Shown here one piece after another: positions 51,566 to 62,420 of a stretch of 64,000 nt of DNA (the first letter of the stretch is position 1; every line of letters starts with the position of its first letter). Location: assembly GCA_937891085.1 (NCBI GenBank), contig CALAEY010000012.1:2403-66402 (forward strand), read 5' to 3'. Under the pieces are notes generated by a model that saw only the letters and a program-made list of their open reading frames with translations, did no database searches and was not told where the DNA came from. A program made the position numbers and the translations under genes. Source of the DNA: an uncultured Prevotellaceae bacterium (GTDB lineage: Bacteria > Bacteroidota > Bacteroidia > Bacteroidales > Bacteroidaceae).

Positions 51566-52144
51566 TCAGGTGAGGATCACCAGCGCTTCGCGTGCTCCAT
51601 GGGCACCCTTCACGAGGGCAGACTCAATATCTGCAGTCTTAGAAGGGCCTGAAATGAAGGTGGCAAAGTTGTAAGGGATGTCCTTGATGCGAGCATAGGC
51701 ATCGGCCATGGTATCCACCACGTTCTTGCGGTCGAGCAGGATGACCAGTGCCTCGGAGATGAAGTAGATGGATTTATACTTCACCGTCTGCGGAATCCAT
51801 ACGCAGCCATTCTCTGCCACGCCTATCTCGCCACGGATGATGGCCAGGTCGGTGCCGTTCAGCTCCTGCGGACGCTCTACCTCATCGGGGTTGAAGGTGG
51901 CGCAAGTGATCTCTGGCAGGTTGCTGGCTATGCGTGGCAGACTGCCAAAGCGCTGACGGATAAGCTCATTGACATCCTGTCCCTCTTCCAGCAGCACAGC
52001 CTCACCACCAGTGATGGCACTGGCCTTGATGAACTGCTGCAGGGTGTCAGGATACTTGATGGTATTGACCTTCCACGTGGGGAAGTCGTACTTCTGCCCC
52101 GTGTTCTTGCGAATCTTCGCTAATATTTCTTCTTTGCTACTCAT
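51566..52144 (-). CDS. lutC: Lactate utilization protein C (LUD domain)
   Basis: GVAENG, FISGPSKTADIE...GAHG. Confidence 0.88.
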   Translation of the reverse strand: MSSKEEILAKIRKNTGQKYDFPTWKVNTIKYPDTLQQFIKASAITGGEAVLLEEGQDVNELIRQRFGSLPRIASNLPEITCATFNPDEVERPQELNGTDLAIIRGEIGVAENGCVWIPQTVKYKSIYFISEALVILLDRKNVVDTMADAYARIKDIPYNFATFISGPSKTADIESALVKGAHGAREALVILT

Positions 52145-53532
52145 TTCTTGTCCTCCTGTACTTTATGATTCTTCCACATGGCGTTGAACGACTCCTTGGC
52201 AAAGTCGGGCAGCTCACGCCCCTTGCCCCAGTCGTTCAGGTTGATATACTTCACGAAGCGCGGGGTGATGTTCACCAGCGGACCTGCGCTCATGGCGGCA
52301 TTGAACATCCACGGATGCTCGAAGAGCACCTTCATGCCCTTGGACATGGCCTTCTTCATCTTGTCGGCCTTGCCCCAGCTGTCGAGCTGCTGACGCCACT
52401 TATACACTTGCTCACCAAGATCCACCTTGGCAGGGCAGACGTTAGAGCAAGAGAGGCAGAGTGAGCAGGCAGACACGTTGTCGTAGTACTTCAGCGGATC
52501 GTGCACCATACCGAGGTTGATGCCGATAGGGCCTGGTATGAAATAGGTGTATGAATAGCCACCCGTGCGACGATAGACTGGACAGGTGTTCATGCAGGCT
52601 CCACAACGGATGCAGTTCAGAATCTTCACATGGTCTGGCTGACCCAGGATGTCACTACGTCCATTGTCCACGATGATGATGTGGTATTCACGATCATCGC
52701 CTTCCTCCTTACGAGGTCCACGGAAGTGGGAGGTGTAGGTGGTGGTAGGCTGACCAGTGCCACAACGTGCCAAGAGGCGGGTGAACACGCCAAGTGCCTC
52801 CATGTTGGGCACTATCTTCTCGATGCCAAAGGCAGAGATATTCAACTTAGGATGCGACATACCCATGTCGGCATTTCCCTCATTGGTACAAACCACCACA
52901 TCACCTGTGCTGGCCACGGCAAAGTTGCCACCTGTCATGGCTGCATCGGCATTGAGGAAGTGCTCACGCAGGTTGCGTCGAGCCGCATGCGTCAGGTAGG
53001 TAGGATCGCAGTTGCCTGGTTCCGTGCCCATCTCCTTCTCGAAGCACTTGCCTATCTGCTCCTTCGTGACGTGCAGGGCAGGCATCACCACATGGCTGGG
53101 AGCCAGGTGCATCAGCTGCAGGATGCGCTCACCAAGGTCGGTCTCTATGGCATCTATGCCACGCTCTATGAGGTAAGGATCGAGTCCGCACTCCTCAGAA
53201 AGCATGGATTTACTCTTCACGAACTTCTTCACGCCATGACTCTTCAGTATGTCGTAGATGGTCTGGCAGTATTCTTCAGCATCCTTGGCCCAATGCACGA
53301 TGGCACCGTTCTTGGTGGCATTCTCCTCAAACTGGAGCAGCATCTCGTCAAGGTGGCTGTTGGTGTACATCTTATAGTCATGTGCCATCTGGCGGAGTTC
53401 CTCCCACTCTGGCACTTCGTCTCTCATCTTGTCTCGCTTCACACGCACGCCCCAGAAGGTGGCGTTGTGGTGATTCACCTTCTCACGGTCTTGAAGGTAC
53501 TTCTCAGCGGCTATGGAATGTTTGGTACTCAT
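52141..53532 (-). CDS. lutB: Lactate utilization protein B (Fe-S)
   Basis: KSKSM, ETDLGE, PSHVVMPA, TNEGN, CIRCGACMNTCP, CSLCLSCSNVCP. Confidence 0.92.
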   Translation of the reverse strand: MSTKHSIAAEKYLQDREKVNHHNATFWGVRVKRDKMRDEVPEWEELRQMAHDYKMYTNSHLDEMLLQFEENATKNGAIVHWAKDAEEYCQTIYDILKSHGVKKFVKSKSMLSEECGLDPYLIERGIDAIETDLGERILQLMHLAPSHVVMPALHVTKEQIGKCFEKEMGTEPGNCDPTYLTHAARRNLREHFLNADAAMTGGNFAVASTGDVVVCTNEGNADMGMSHPKLNISAFGIEKIVPNMEALGVFTRLLARCGTGQPTTTYTSHFRGPRKEEGDDREYHIIIVDNGRSDILGQPDHVKILNCIRCGACMNTCPVYRRTGGYSYTYFIPGPIGINLGMVHDPLKYYDNVSACSLCLSCSNVCPAKVDLGEQVYKWRQQLDSWGKADKMKKAMSKGMKVLFEHPWMFNAAMSAGPLVNITPRFVKYINLNDWGKGRELPDFAKESFNAMWKNHKVQEDKK

Positions 53533-54269
53533 AATTCAGAAGCTAAAATTTCAACAATGTGGATAATCTTGATGGGCAGGTGCTCACGCTTGATGATGCC
53601 CTCCATGTGCATGAGGCAGGAGCTGTCGGCACCAGTGATGTACTCTGCACCCGTCTCACGATGATGGCGTATCTTATCCTGACCCATGCAGACAGAGACT
53701 GCCTGCTCTTCTACAGCGAACATGCCGCCGAATCCGCAGCACTCATCAGGGAACTCTGGCTCGAACACCTCAATGCCCTCCACCATATTGAGCAAGTCGC
53801 GCAGCTTATTATAATAAGGTGCGTTCAGCTCGCTGGGACGAGAGAGGCCCAACTCACGCACGCCATGGCAACTGTTGTGGATGCTCACCTTGTGAGGGAA
53901 CTTCGCCTTCAGGCTGGTGGGCTTCACCACATCGTGGATAAACTCACAGATATCATAAATCTTCTCTGCGCTCTTGCATTTCAGGCCTTTCTTGGCCATA
54001 ATGCCTGGATGATACAACTTGGTGAAAGCCACACAACTGGCTGAAGGACCTACCACATAGTCGTAGCCCTTGAACTTCTCCTCGAAAGAGATAGCCAGAT
54101 TGGCAGCCTCATCCTCAAAGCCCGCATTCGCCATAGGCTGTCCGCAGCACGTCTGGTCCACAGGATAGTCTACGTCAAGTCCCAGGCTTTTCAGCAACTT
54201 GTAAGACGCCACGCCTACCTTTGGATAGACGGCGTTGATGTAGCATGGGATAAACAATCCGATTTTCAT
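53529..54269 (-). CDS. lutA: Lactate utilization protein A (CCG-domain Fe-S protein)
   Basis: LFIPC, QTCCGQP, ECCGFGGMF, DSSCLMH. Confidence 0.9.
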   Translation of the reverse strand: MKIGLFIPCYINAVYPKVGVASYKLLKSLGLDVDYPVDQTCCGQPMANAGFEDEAANLAISFEEKFKGYDYVVGPSASCVAFTKLYHPGIMAKKGLKCKSAEKIYDICEFIHDVVKPTSLKAKFPHKVSIHNSCHGVRELGLSRPSELNAPYYNKLRDLLNMVEGIEVFEPEFPDECCGFGGMFAVEEQAVSVCMGQDKIRHHRETGAEYITGADSSCLMHMEGIIKREHLPIKIIHIVEILASEL

Positions 54270-54502
54270 AGTATTAAAAATTAGTTAATCATTATTACAG
54301 AAATCTTTATTAAACACCTGCCAAGGTTTGTTCTCAAAGATTAGATGATACAAAAATACAAATTATTATGTCTTTAGCAAGGGAAAAGGGGAAAAAAATG
54401 GGCTGGATGCTAAAAAATCATTCTTTCTGGAAGATATTTTACGAAAATGTTTTGGCATTTCCGACCAAAAGCGTACTTTTGTGTAAATTTTGGTAAACTA
54501 TA

Positions 54503-54799
54503 ATGACAAACGAAGAAAGAGAGCAGCTTAGTGTATTTGAGGCACGTGTCAGACATCTGATGTTTCTTCATGATGAGCTGAAGACTCAGCACGCTCAGTT
54601 GAAAACGACGCTGGAAGAGCGGGAACAGACCATCGCACAGCTTCAGACTGAGTTGCAGACACTTCATGAGCGTTATAGCAACCTGAAACAAGCTTTGACA
54701 ATCAGCCTTGATGGCTCTGACGTGAAGGAGACACGCCAGGAATTGTCAAGATTAGTGCGTGAAATCGACAAGTGCATCACCATGCTGGTAAATGATTAA
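54503..54799 (+). CDS. Coiled-coil protein (ZapB-like)
   Basis: Heptad repeats; LVREIDKCI end; directly upstream of zapA. Confidence 0.7.
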   Translation: MTNEEREQLSVFEARVRHLMFLHDELKTQHAQLKTTLEEREQTIAQLQTELQTLHERYSNLKQALTISLDGSDVKETRQELSRLVREIDKCITMLVND

Positions 54800-54818
54800 C
54801 TAATAAGGAGGATGATGT

Positions 54819-55112
54819 ATGGACGATAAGATAAGAATCAACTTGCAGATGGCAGACACCACCCTGCCCCTCACCATCAGACGCGAAGAGGAGGAGATGG
54901 TGCGTAAGGCTGCCAAGCAGGTAGACACTTTGCTGAATGCGTATAGAGACCGATACAAGAGCAACATCACGGAGCGCACGGCACTGGTGATGGTAGCTTA
55001 CCAGCTTTCTCTGAGCAATCTTCAGAAGGAGGCTCGGAATGATACGGAACCTTATACGACTAAGATAAAAGAGCTGACCAAATTGCTGGAGGAGTATATC
55101 TCGAAAGAATAA
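54819..55112 (+). CDS. zapA: Cell division protein ZapA
   Basis: INLQMA...PLTI.REEEE..RKAAK; zapA-rny gene order. Confidence 0.85.
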   Translation: MDDKIRINLQMADTTLPLTIRREEEEMVRKAAKQVDTLLNAYRDRYKSNITERTALVMVAYQLSLSNLQKEARNDTEPYTTKIKELTKLLEEYISKE

Positions 55113-55240
55113 TATGCTGCCAGAGACATAAGGAAGGCTCCTTAGACTTATTGGAGAAGAGATCGCGCACTGCTTTGAAAGCATCCCCATGTGGGCTGTT
55201 TTCTCACGGTGCGTTTTTATTTATATTAATTTTTAGAGCA

Positions 55241-56776
55241 ATGATACTGACAATAATTATCGGAATCATCTGTCTGGCCATAGGCGCTGGCGTGATGCTG
55301 TTCATACAGAAACGACTGCTCAGGGCAAAGACGGAGGCCATACTGCAAGAGGCAGAGGCTGAAGCAGAGGGGATAAAGAAGAACAAGCTGCTGGAGGTGA
55401 AGGAGAAATTCCTCAACAAGAAAGCTGATCTGGAAAAGGAGGTGCAGCAGCGTAACCAGAAGATTCAGCAGGCTGAGAACAAACTGAAACAGCGCGAAAT
55501 GGTGATCAACCAGCGCCAAGAGGAAATTCAGAAGCGCAAGGCAGAGAATGATGCCTATCGTGACAACCTGGCCAACCAGCAGACCCTTCTCAATAAGAAG
55601 AAGGAGGAACTGGACAAGCTCACCCAGCAGGAGATTGTGAAGCTGGAAGCCATCTCAGGCCTGAGTGCTGAGGAGGCTAAGGAGCGTCTGATAGAGTCTC
55701 TGAAAGAGGAGGCCAAGACGCAGGCGCAGGCTTACATCAACGACATCATGGACGATGCCAAGCTGAACGCCAGCAAGGAGGCCAAGCGCATCGTGATACA
55801 GAGCATCCAGCGTGTGGCCAGCGAAACTGCCATAGAGAACTCCGTAACGGTATTCCACATTGATTCTGATGAGATCAAGGGACGCATCATAGGTCGTGAG
55901 GGTCGTAACATCCGTGCCTTGGAGGCTGCCACAGGTGTGGAGATCATCGTGGATGATACACCAGAGGCCATCGTGCTTTCTGCCTTCGACCCTGTGCGTC
56001 GTGAGGTGGCTCGTCTGGCTCTGCACCAGTTGGTGACAGATGGCCGTATCCACCCTGCCCGCATCGAGGAGGTGGTGGCCAAGGTTCGCAAGCAGGTGGA
56101 GGAAGAAATCATCGAAACAGGTAAGCGCACCACCATCGACCTGGGTATTCATGGCTTGCATCCTGAGCTTATCCGCATCATTGGTAAGATGAAGTATCGT
56201 TCATCCTATGGCCAGAACCTGCTGCAGCATGCGCGTGAGACGGCCAACCTCTGTGCTGTGATGGCCTCAGAGCTGGGCTTGAATCCTAAGAAGGCCCGCC
56301 GTGCTGGTCTGCTGCATGATATAGGCAAGGTGCCAGATGACGAGCCAGAACTGCCACATGCTATCCTTGGTATGAAGATCGCAGAGAAATATAAGGAGAA
56401 ACCTGATATCTGCAATGCCATTGGTGCGCACCACGACGAGGTGGAGATGACCAGCTTGCTGGCTCCTATCGTGCAGGTATGCGATGCCATTTCTGGTGCC
56501 CGTCCAGGTGCCCGTCGTGAAGTGGTAGAGGCTTATATCAAGCGTCTGAATGATCTGGAGCAGTTGGCAGCTTCTTATCCAGGTGTGACGAAGTCGTATG
56601 CCATCCAGGCGGGTCGTGAGCTCCGCGTTATCGTAGGTGCCGACAAGATAGACGACCAGCAGACGGAGAGCCTGTCAACAGAAATCGCTAAGAAGATTCA
56701 GGATGAGATGACCTATCCAGGACAGGTGAAGATCACCGTCATCCGTGAAACGCGTGCCATAAGCTACGCGAAGTAA
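55241..56776 (+). CDS. rny: Ribonuclease Y
   Basis: TM, coiled coil, KH ([13 protein letters not shown]), HD (LLHDIGK), YAIQAGRE. Confidence 0.97.
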   Translation: MILTIIIGIICLAIGAGVMLFIQKRLLRAKTEAILQEAEAEAEGIKKNKLLEVKEKFLNKKADLEKEVQQRNQKIQQAENKLKQREMVINQRQEEIQKRKAENDAYRDNLANQQTLLNKKKEELDKLTQQEIVKLEAISGLSAEEAKERLIESLKEEAKTQAQAYINDIMDDAKLNASKEAKRIVIQSIQRVASETAIENSVTVFHIDSDEIKGRIIGREGRNIRALEAATGVEIIVDDTPEAIVLSAFDPVRREVARLALHQLVTDGRIHPARIEEVVAKVRKQVEEEIIETGKRTTIDLGIHGLHPELIRIIGKMKYRSSYGQNLLQHARETANLCAVMASELGLNPKKARRAGLLHDIGKVPDDEPELPHAILGMKIAEKYKEKPDICNAIGAHHDEVEMTSLLAPIVQVCDAISGARPGARREVVEAYIKRLNDLEQLAASYPGVTKSYAIQAGRELRVIVGADKIDDQQTESLSTEIAKKIQDEMTYPGQVKITVIRETRAISYAK

Positions 56777-56799
56777 GACTATATAATAAGGTATAAAAT

Positions 56800-56846
56800 A
56801 AGGCTGGGGTTATGCACACGTTTGCATAGCTCCAGCCTCTGTTTTT
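56800..56846 (+). terminator. Terminator after rny
   Basis: aggctggggttatgca/tgcatagctccagcct followed by ctgttttt. Confidence 0.7.
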
Positions 56847-56975
56847 ATGTTACAAAACATATTTTGAGCGAAAATAATACCTATCTTTGCATCGACAAAA
56901 CCAATAAACAGGTATTTTATTATGGTAACTACAACCGCTTTCCAAATGGTGGAGAGCATTAAAAACGAGAGAACT

Positions 56976-57119
56976 ATGAAACAGAATGTAAATGAAATTT
57001 CTATGTTGCAGTATCGCATCAAGCGCTACCAGACAATGAGAAAAGGCACCATGTGCCAGGTATTAAAAACAAGATTGGAGAAGCTGCTCGCTGAGCAGCA
57101 AGCTCAAGTGAATAACTAA
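56976..57119 (+). CDS. Small basic hypothetical protein (47 aa)
   Basis: MKQNVNEISMLQYRIKRYQ...; own TATCTTTG box (56882-56889) and downstream terminator; in-frame ATG at 56922 also possible. Confidence 0.6.
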   Translation: MKQNVNEISMLQYRIKRYQTMRKGTMCQVLKTRLEKLLAEQQAQVNN

Positions 57120-57168
57120 TTAAAGCTATTATTTATTAATAGAGAAAGGATTTACGTATTATATATAG

Positions 57169-57209
57169 AAACTCCCGCTACTCTTGAAGCAGCGGGAGTT
57201 TTTGTTTTC
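57169..57209. terminator. Terminator between the small ORF and lctP
   Basis: aaactcccgct/agcgggagttt followed by a T-run. Confidence 0.75.
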
Positions 57210-57225
57210 TATGCAGATGGAAGCA

Positions 57226-58779
57226 CTATGCTGCGAGCAGCACCATGAGTCCGCCCAGCAATACATAGAGCACAGCGTAAGGCAGTGCCTGCTTCAGGAT
57301 GTCACCATCCTTGCCTTGCATATCGCAGGAAGCCGTAGCGATGGCGATGCTCTGCGGAGAGATCATCTTACCACCCGTGGCACCTGTGGTATTGGCAGCT
57401 ACCAACCAGTTGGTCTCCGAACCTGGAGCATAGCCCAGCTGTCCTGCCACATTGGCCTGCAGCTTAGCAAAGAGAATGTTGCTGGAGGTATCAGAACCTG
57501 TCACGAAGGTACCGATGGCACCAATCAACGGAGCAAAGAACGGATAGAAGCTACCTGTAAGGGCAACCAGTCCTGTAGCGATGGCTGCTATCATGCCCGC
57601 ATAGTTCATCACAGAGGCCAGTGAAATCAAGCTGATGATGGTGATGACGGTATTACGCAGATTCACCACGGTCTTAGCCAAGACTTTCATCAAAGTACCA
57701 AAGCTTACGCCCTGAATCAAACCACCGATCACGGCACCGAGGAAGAGCATCAAGCCAGCATTGCTGATCCAGCCGAACTTGATGGTGGAGCCTACGATTG
57801 GCAGATGTACCACAGACACCAAGTGGCTGTTGAGGAACTTATTGATAGGTGGGCACAGAGCACCTGAGAGCAGGATGAATATCAAGATAAACAGATAGAC
57901 GCTCCAAGCACGGAAAGTCTCTGCAGCGGTATAGCTCTTCTTGTGCTCCTTCTTTTCCGCCTTCTTGGTAAACAGCTTCGCATAGATAATGATGGCAATG
58001 ATGGCAGCGATACTACCAATGATGGCAGGGGTCTCTGCGCCTAAGTACTTACCACAAAGGAACTGCACGCCCAAGGAGATAAGACCCACCCAGAGTGAAA
58101 GCAGGATGTTCTTCACCAACGCCTTCTTACTATGGTCTGTCAGCATCAGGATAATGAAAGGCAACAGCACGAAGAGCGGAGCCAGCTGGATTACGGCAAA
58201 GGAAGAAATCTCACGGATGGCTTCTGGCGTAGCCACACCACCCTCTGCCACCTCGTTGCAGAGCGTAGTCACAGGTACACCCACAGCGCCAAAGCCCGTG
58301 GCCACCGTATTACCTATCAAGGCCACCAAGGCACTGAACATAGGTTTGAAGCCCAAGCCTATCAGGATGGCAGCAGGAATGGCCACAGCCGTACCAAAGC
58401 CAGCCATACCTTCCAGCAATCCGCCAAAGCCCCACACCATCATGAGCACCAAGATGCCCTTATCGTCTGTGAAGGAGGTGAACTGGTCCTTGATGACCTC
58501 TATCTGCTTGCTCTCCAGCAAGACATTGTAGCTGAAGATAGCCATCAAGATGATGATGAGAATAGGGAACACGGCCTTCAAGACACCTTCTATAAAGGCC
58601 CATCCCACGCCAGCCATCTGGAAGTTCTCTGGTGCGAAGCCCATGGCAGGTGCCACGAAAAGGGCTAATAAAACCGTAACTATCAGGGTGATAAATGCGC
58701 TCTTATGGCCTGCCATCTTGAATCCAAGCATCAGCACGAAGAGCAATAGAATCGGAATAATTGATACAAGTGCATTCAT
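57226..58779 (-). CDS. lctP: L-lactate permease
   Basis: FGGLLEGMAGFGT, GFGAVGVP, GTFVTGSDTSSN, GKMISPQSIA. Confidence 0.92.
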   Translation of the reverse strand: MNALVSIIPILLLFVLMLGFKMAGHKSAFITLIVTVLLALFVAPAMGFAPENFQMAGVGWAFIEGVLKAVFPILIIILMAIFSYNVLLESKQIEVIKDQFTSFTDDKGILVLMMVWGFGGLLEGMAGFGTAVAIPAAILIGLGFKPMFSALVALIGNTVATGFGAVGVPVTTLCNEVAEGGVATPEAIREISSFAVIQLAPLFVLLPFIILMLTDHSKKALVKNILLSLWVGLISLGVQFLCGKYLGAETPAIIGSIAAIIAIIIYAKLFTKKAEKKEHKKSYTAAETFRAWSVYLFILIFILLSGALCPPINKFLNSHLVSVVHLPIVGSTIKFGWISNAGLMLFLGAVIGGLIQGVSFGTLMKVLAKTVVNLRNTVITIISLISLASVMNYAGMIAAIATGLVALTGSFYPFFAPLIGAIGTFVTGSDTSSNILFAKLQANVAGQLGYAPGSETNWLVAANTTGATGGKMISPQSIAIATASCDMQGKDGDILKQALPYAVLYVLLGGLMVLLAA

Positions 58780-58877
58780 AGTTTCTCTTAGATTTATTGT
58801 TTAATTGGGTCAAAGATAAGAAAAGAAATCGGGAAACGCAACCTTTCCAGCCGTTTTTTGCTATCAAATCCGCAATA

Positions 58878-59978
58878 TCAGTAGGCTTCTTCCTCAAAGT
58901 TGAGGGTCAGCTGGCGCCACTCGCCTGGTACATAGTCATAGGCATCTATGCTATGCGCATTGGAAATGGAAAGTCCCATGAGGCGGATGGGATGCTGGGC
59001 ATAGTCCACCTCTCGCAGCAGTTGGAAGGCGATGCGCTCTATCTCTGCTGCTTCCTGTATCACCTCATCGGCTGTGAAGCTGCGGGTGATCTGCTCAAAG
59101 TCGTGAAACTTTACCTTCAAGGTCAGCGTGTAGCCTTGGAACGGGTGGCGCTGAAGTCGGCCCAGCAGCTCCTGCACCGTGCGCCTCAACTCTTCCTCTA
59201 CCTGCGTAGGGTCGCAGATGTCTTCCAGCAGTGTGTGCTCGCACCCTATCGACTTGCGTATGCGGAAGGTCTGCACAGGGCGTTCGTCGATGCCTCGCGC
59301 AAAGTCGTAATACACGCTGCCTACCTTACCAAAGTACATCTGCAACTGCTGCTTCGTCAGCGTGCGGAGGTCGGCTCCGTTCTTCACGCCCAGCGCATGC
59401 ATCTTCTTGGCCGTAACGGGTCCTACGCCCCAGAACTTCTCAATAGGGAGCTGGGCGATGAAGTCCAAGGCCCTCGATGGATGGATGGTACAGAGGCCGT
59501 CGGGCTTTCGATAGTCGGAGGCTATCTTGGCCAAGAACTTATTATAGGATACCCCTGCAGAAGCCACCAAGTGGAGGCGTTCACGCACCTTCTGCTTGAT
59601 TTCCTTGGCGATGGTCACAGCCAAGGGGATGCCTGGCTTATTCTCCGTGACATCCAGAAAAGCTTCATCGATGGAGATGGGTTCTATCTCATCGGTATAT
59701 TCTCTAAAGATCTCCATAATCTGGTCGGACACAGCCTTATAGACGGACATGTGGCCTGGGATGATGAGCAGGTGCGGACAGAGTTTCTTGGCTTTCACCA
59801 CCGACATGGCAGAGTGCACGCCATACTTACGCGCCTCATAGCTGGCAGTGGCCACCACGCCACGTGGGCCGTCATAGCCCACAGCAATGGCCTTGCCACG
59901 CAGCTCTGGATGGTCGCGCTGCTCCACTGCCGCAAAGAAGGCATCCATGTCGATATGTATGATTTTACGCTCTGCCAT
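58878..59978 (-). CDS. dinB: DNA polymerase IV
   Basis: IHIDMDAFFAAVE, SYEAR, SIDEAFLD, KFLAKIASD..KPDG. Confidence 0.96.
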   Translation of the reverse strand: MAERKIIHIDMDAFFAAVEQRDHPELRGKAIAVGYDGPRGVVATASYEARKYGVHSAMSVVKAKKLCPHLLIIPGHMSVYKAVSDQIMEIFREYTDEIEPISIDEAFLDVTENKPGIPLAVTIAKEIKQKVRERLHLVASAGVSYNKFLAKIASDYRKPDGLCTIHPSRALDFIAQLPIEKFWGVGPVTAKKMHALGVKNGADLRTLTKQQLQMYFGKVGSVYYDFARGIDERPVQTFRIRKSIGCEHTLLEDICDPTQVEEELRRTVQELLGRLQRHPFQGYTLTLKVKFHDFEQITRSFTADEVIQEAAEIERIAFQLLREVDYAQHPIRLMGLSISNAHSIDAYDYVPGEWRQLTLNFEEEAY

Positions 59979-60045
59979 AGATGATTTATCTGCAAAAGTA
60001 AGTAAAAGTTATGAAAGCTGAATAAAAAAGGCTAACTTTGCGCCC

Positions 60046-60480
60046 ATGAATACCACAGAATTAGAAGCATTGCTCACCAAGCGGCAGGTACAGCCCACCG
60101 CCATCCGCCTGCTGGTGCTGAAAGCCTTGTCGGAAGCAGGGCGCTCCTTGTCGTTGCTCGACCTTGAGACCATGCTTGATACGGTGGATAAGTCCACCAT
60201 CTTCCGCACCCTCACCCTCTTTCACGCCCATCGCGTGGTGCATGGCATCGACGACGGAACGGGCTCGTTCAAATATGCCCTCTGCGATGCCGACTGCAAT
60301 TGTGAGTTGGATGGGGAGCATACGCACTTCCACTGCATAGAGTGCAATCGGACGTTCTGCTTCAAGAACATCCCCACCCCACTGGTGAATCTGCCTGCTG
60401 GCTTCGAGCTAAGGAGTGTGAACTATGTGGTGACGGGGGTTTGTGCCGACTGTGCCTCTAAGCATCACACCAACTCGTAG
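60046..60480 (+). CDS. Fur-family transcriptional repressor
   Basis: STIFRTL helix, HTHFHC..C and C-terminal C..C. Confidence 0.85.
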   Translation: MNTTELEALLTKRQVQPTAIRLLVLKALSEAGRSLSLLDLETMLDTVDKSTIFRTLTLFHAHRVVHGIDDGTGSFKYALCDADCNCELDGEHTHFHCIECNRTFCFKNIPTPLVNLPAGFELRSVNYVVTGVCADCASKHHTNS

Positions 60481-61343
60481 GTACATACCTGTATAGGGGT
60501 CTCCAAATTGCGCAGCACCTTCTCCAGCATGATGCCTTCCAGATTGTTGTAGTCGTAGCCGAAGGTGGCACGTATGCCCTGCAAGATGAACTGCGTGGCA
60601 CGGTCTATGGCCACTGGCAGACTATCTCCCTGCATCAGCGAACCAGTGATCACGCTGGTGAAGGAGTCGCCCGTGCCAGGATAGTGGGCAGGGAGGAACG
60701 GACAGGTCACCTTCCAATAGCGTCTGTCGATACTGTTATAGGCATAGACGGAGGTCTGGTGTGGATCACCCTCAACAGGCACGCTGGTCACTATCACGAT
60801 CTCAGGACCAGCCTCTGCCAAGGTGCGCAGGTAGGCCTTCAGATCCTTATCCTCTATGGCACCAGCACGATAAGGCTCCCCTAAAAGCAGGAACATCTCC
60901 GTGATATTGGGGGTGATCACATTGGCATGCTTGATGAGCTCACGCATCTCTTCCACCATCTGAGTGGTCATACCTTTATATAATGTGCCATTGTCGCCCA
61001 GCACAGGATCCACCACCACCAAGTCGTCCTCATGGCGAAACTCGTGCAGAAGATCCTTCACCACCTGCACCTGCTGCGGAGAGCCCAGATAGCCTGTATA
61101 GAAGGCATGAAAGCGCAGCTGCTGCTTACGCCAGTTGGCTATGATACGCTTCATCTCCTCCGTCAGATCGAGGAAGGTGTAGTCAGGGAACTGTGTATGA
61201 CAAGAGAGCAGGGCGGTGGGCAGCGGACACACTTGCAGCCCCATGTTGGTGAGGATGGGCACTACGGCCATGAGCGAGAGGCGCCCTATGCAAGAGAGGT
61301 CGTGCACGGCCACGATGCGTTTCTGCTGGTTCTGGATAATCAT
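60465..61343 (-). CDS. pdxK: Pyridoxal/pyridoxamine kinase
   Basis: HDLSCIG, TGYLG, DPVLGD, TPNITE, GTGD; true start is MIIQNQQKR. Confidence 0.88.
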   Translation of the reverse strand: MIIQNQQKRIVAVHDLSCIGRLSLMAVVPILTNMGLQVCPLPTALLSCHTQFPDYTFLDLTEEMKRIIANWRKQQLRFHAFYTGYLGSPQQVQVVKDLLHEFRHEDDLVVVDPVLGDNGTLYKGMTTQMVEEMRELIKHANVITPNITEMFLLLGEPYRAGAIEDKDLKAYLRTLAEAGPEIVIVTSVPVEGDPHQTSVYAYNSIDRRYWKVTCPFLPAHYPGTGDSFTSVITGSLMQGDSLPVAIDRATQFILQGIRATFGYDYNNLEGIMLEKVLRNLETPIQVCTYELV

Positions 61344-61505
61344 AAACGTAAGTCTGTCTAAAAAGTTCGCTGCAAAAATAATAAATAATATTCCCTTTTT
61401 GCGTAATCGTATGTGATTTTTACGTAACTTTGTTTTTGCAATCTGCATTTTTTGCCTTGGCACGTGCAGTAAAACGAAATTATTCACATTATAATTATAG
61501 CAACT

Positions 61506-62291
61506 ATGAGAACAAAAGTTATGAAAAGAACACTGGTAGCCCTGATGGCTTGCACTGCACTCAGCCTCAGCGCTCAAGAACAGAAGCAGTATCCAGAGCA
61601 GGAAACCATGCGTCCTGGTATGTCTGAGTATTGGACACCACAGCCTAAGATCGTCACTCCTGGCGACCCTGTGACACACAGCGCACCTTCTGATGCTATC
61701 GTACTCTTCGACGGTAAGGACCTCTCTGCTTGGCAGAATACCAAGGGTGAGGCTGCTGGATGGGATGTGCATGACGGCATCATGACGGTGAACAAGAAGG
61801 CTGGCGACATCATGACGAAGGAGAGCTTTGGCAGCTTCCAGCTGCACATCGAGTGGTGCGTGCCAGAGATGGATGCCCAGTTCACCAGCCAGAGCCGTGG
61901 CAACAGCGGTGTGTATCTGCAGAACATGTACGAGATACAGATTCTGGACAACTACAACAATGAGACCTACGTGAACGGTCAGGCTGGTTCTATCTACAAG
62001 CAGACCCCTCCATTGGCCAACGCCATGCGCAAGCCGGGTGAGTGGAACGTGTATGACATCATCTACACAGCGCCTGTGTTCAAGGCAGACGGCACCTACC
62101 TCTATCGTCCACGCGTGACGGTGATCCAGAACGGCATCGTGCTGCAGAACAATACGGAGATCCTGGGTACCACGGAGTACATCGGCTTCCCTAAGGTAAA
62201 GGTACACGGTGATGGCCCTATCCTGCTGCAGAGCCATGGCGATCCAAGTCCGGGCATCAGCTTCCGCAATATCTGGATCCGCCGCATGTAA
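61506..62291 (+). CDS. DUF1080 (3-keto-disaccharide hydrolase-like) exported protein
   Basis: Signal peptide; LFDGKDLSAW, GNSGV, YEIQILD, GEWN, LQSHG, FRNIWIR; start may be 61521. Confidence 0.88.
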   Translation: MRTKVMKRTLVALMACTALSLSAQEQKQYPEQETMRPGMSEYWTPQPKIVTPGDPVTHSAPSDAIVLFDGKDLSAWQNTKGEAAGWDVHDGIMTVNKKAGDIMTKESFGSFQLHIEWCVPEMDAQFTSQSRGNSGVYLQNMYEIQILDNYNNETYVNGQAGSIYKQTPPLANAMRKPGEWNVYDIIYTAPVFKADGTYLYRPRVTVIQNGIVLQNNTEILGTTEYIGFPKVKVHGDGPILLQSHGDPSPGISFRNIWIRRM

Positions 62292-62420
62292 GCATTGGAC
62301 TCATTCTTTGAAAAACTGTCCTATTGTTTAGATTGAAGGAGAATAAAGCCAAAAACGTTTTGAAATATTGTTCAATATCTGTTACTTTGCGTCAAAATTA
62401 ATTTTAAACATAAAACAATT

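Noticed and set aside
55113..55240. 6S RNA at the zapA-downstream position
   Set aside because: The 128-nt spacer is too short and not a closed rod; the better candidate lies after rplT.
60465..62237. 590-aa apparent fusion ORF ending in pdxK
   Set aside because: The N-terminal half is the antisense of DUF1080 plus intergenic DNA; pdxK starts at 61343 with its own TATTTTTG box upstream.
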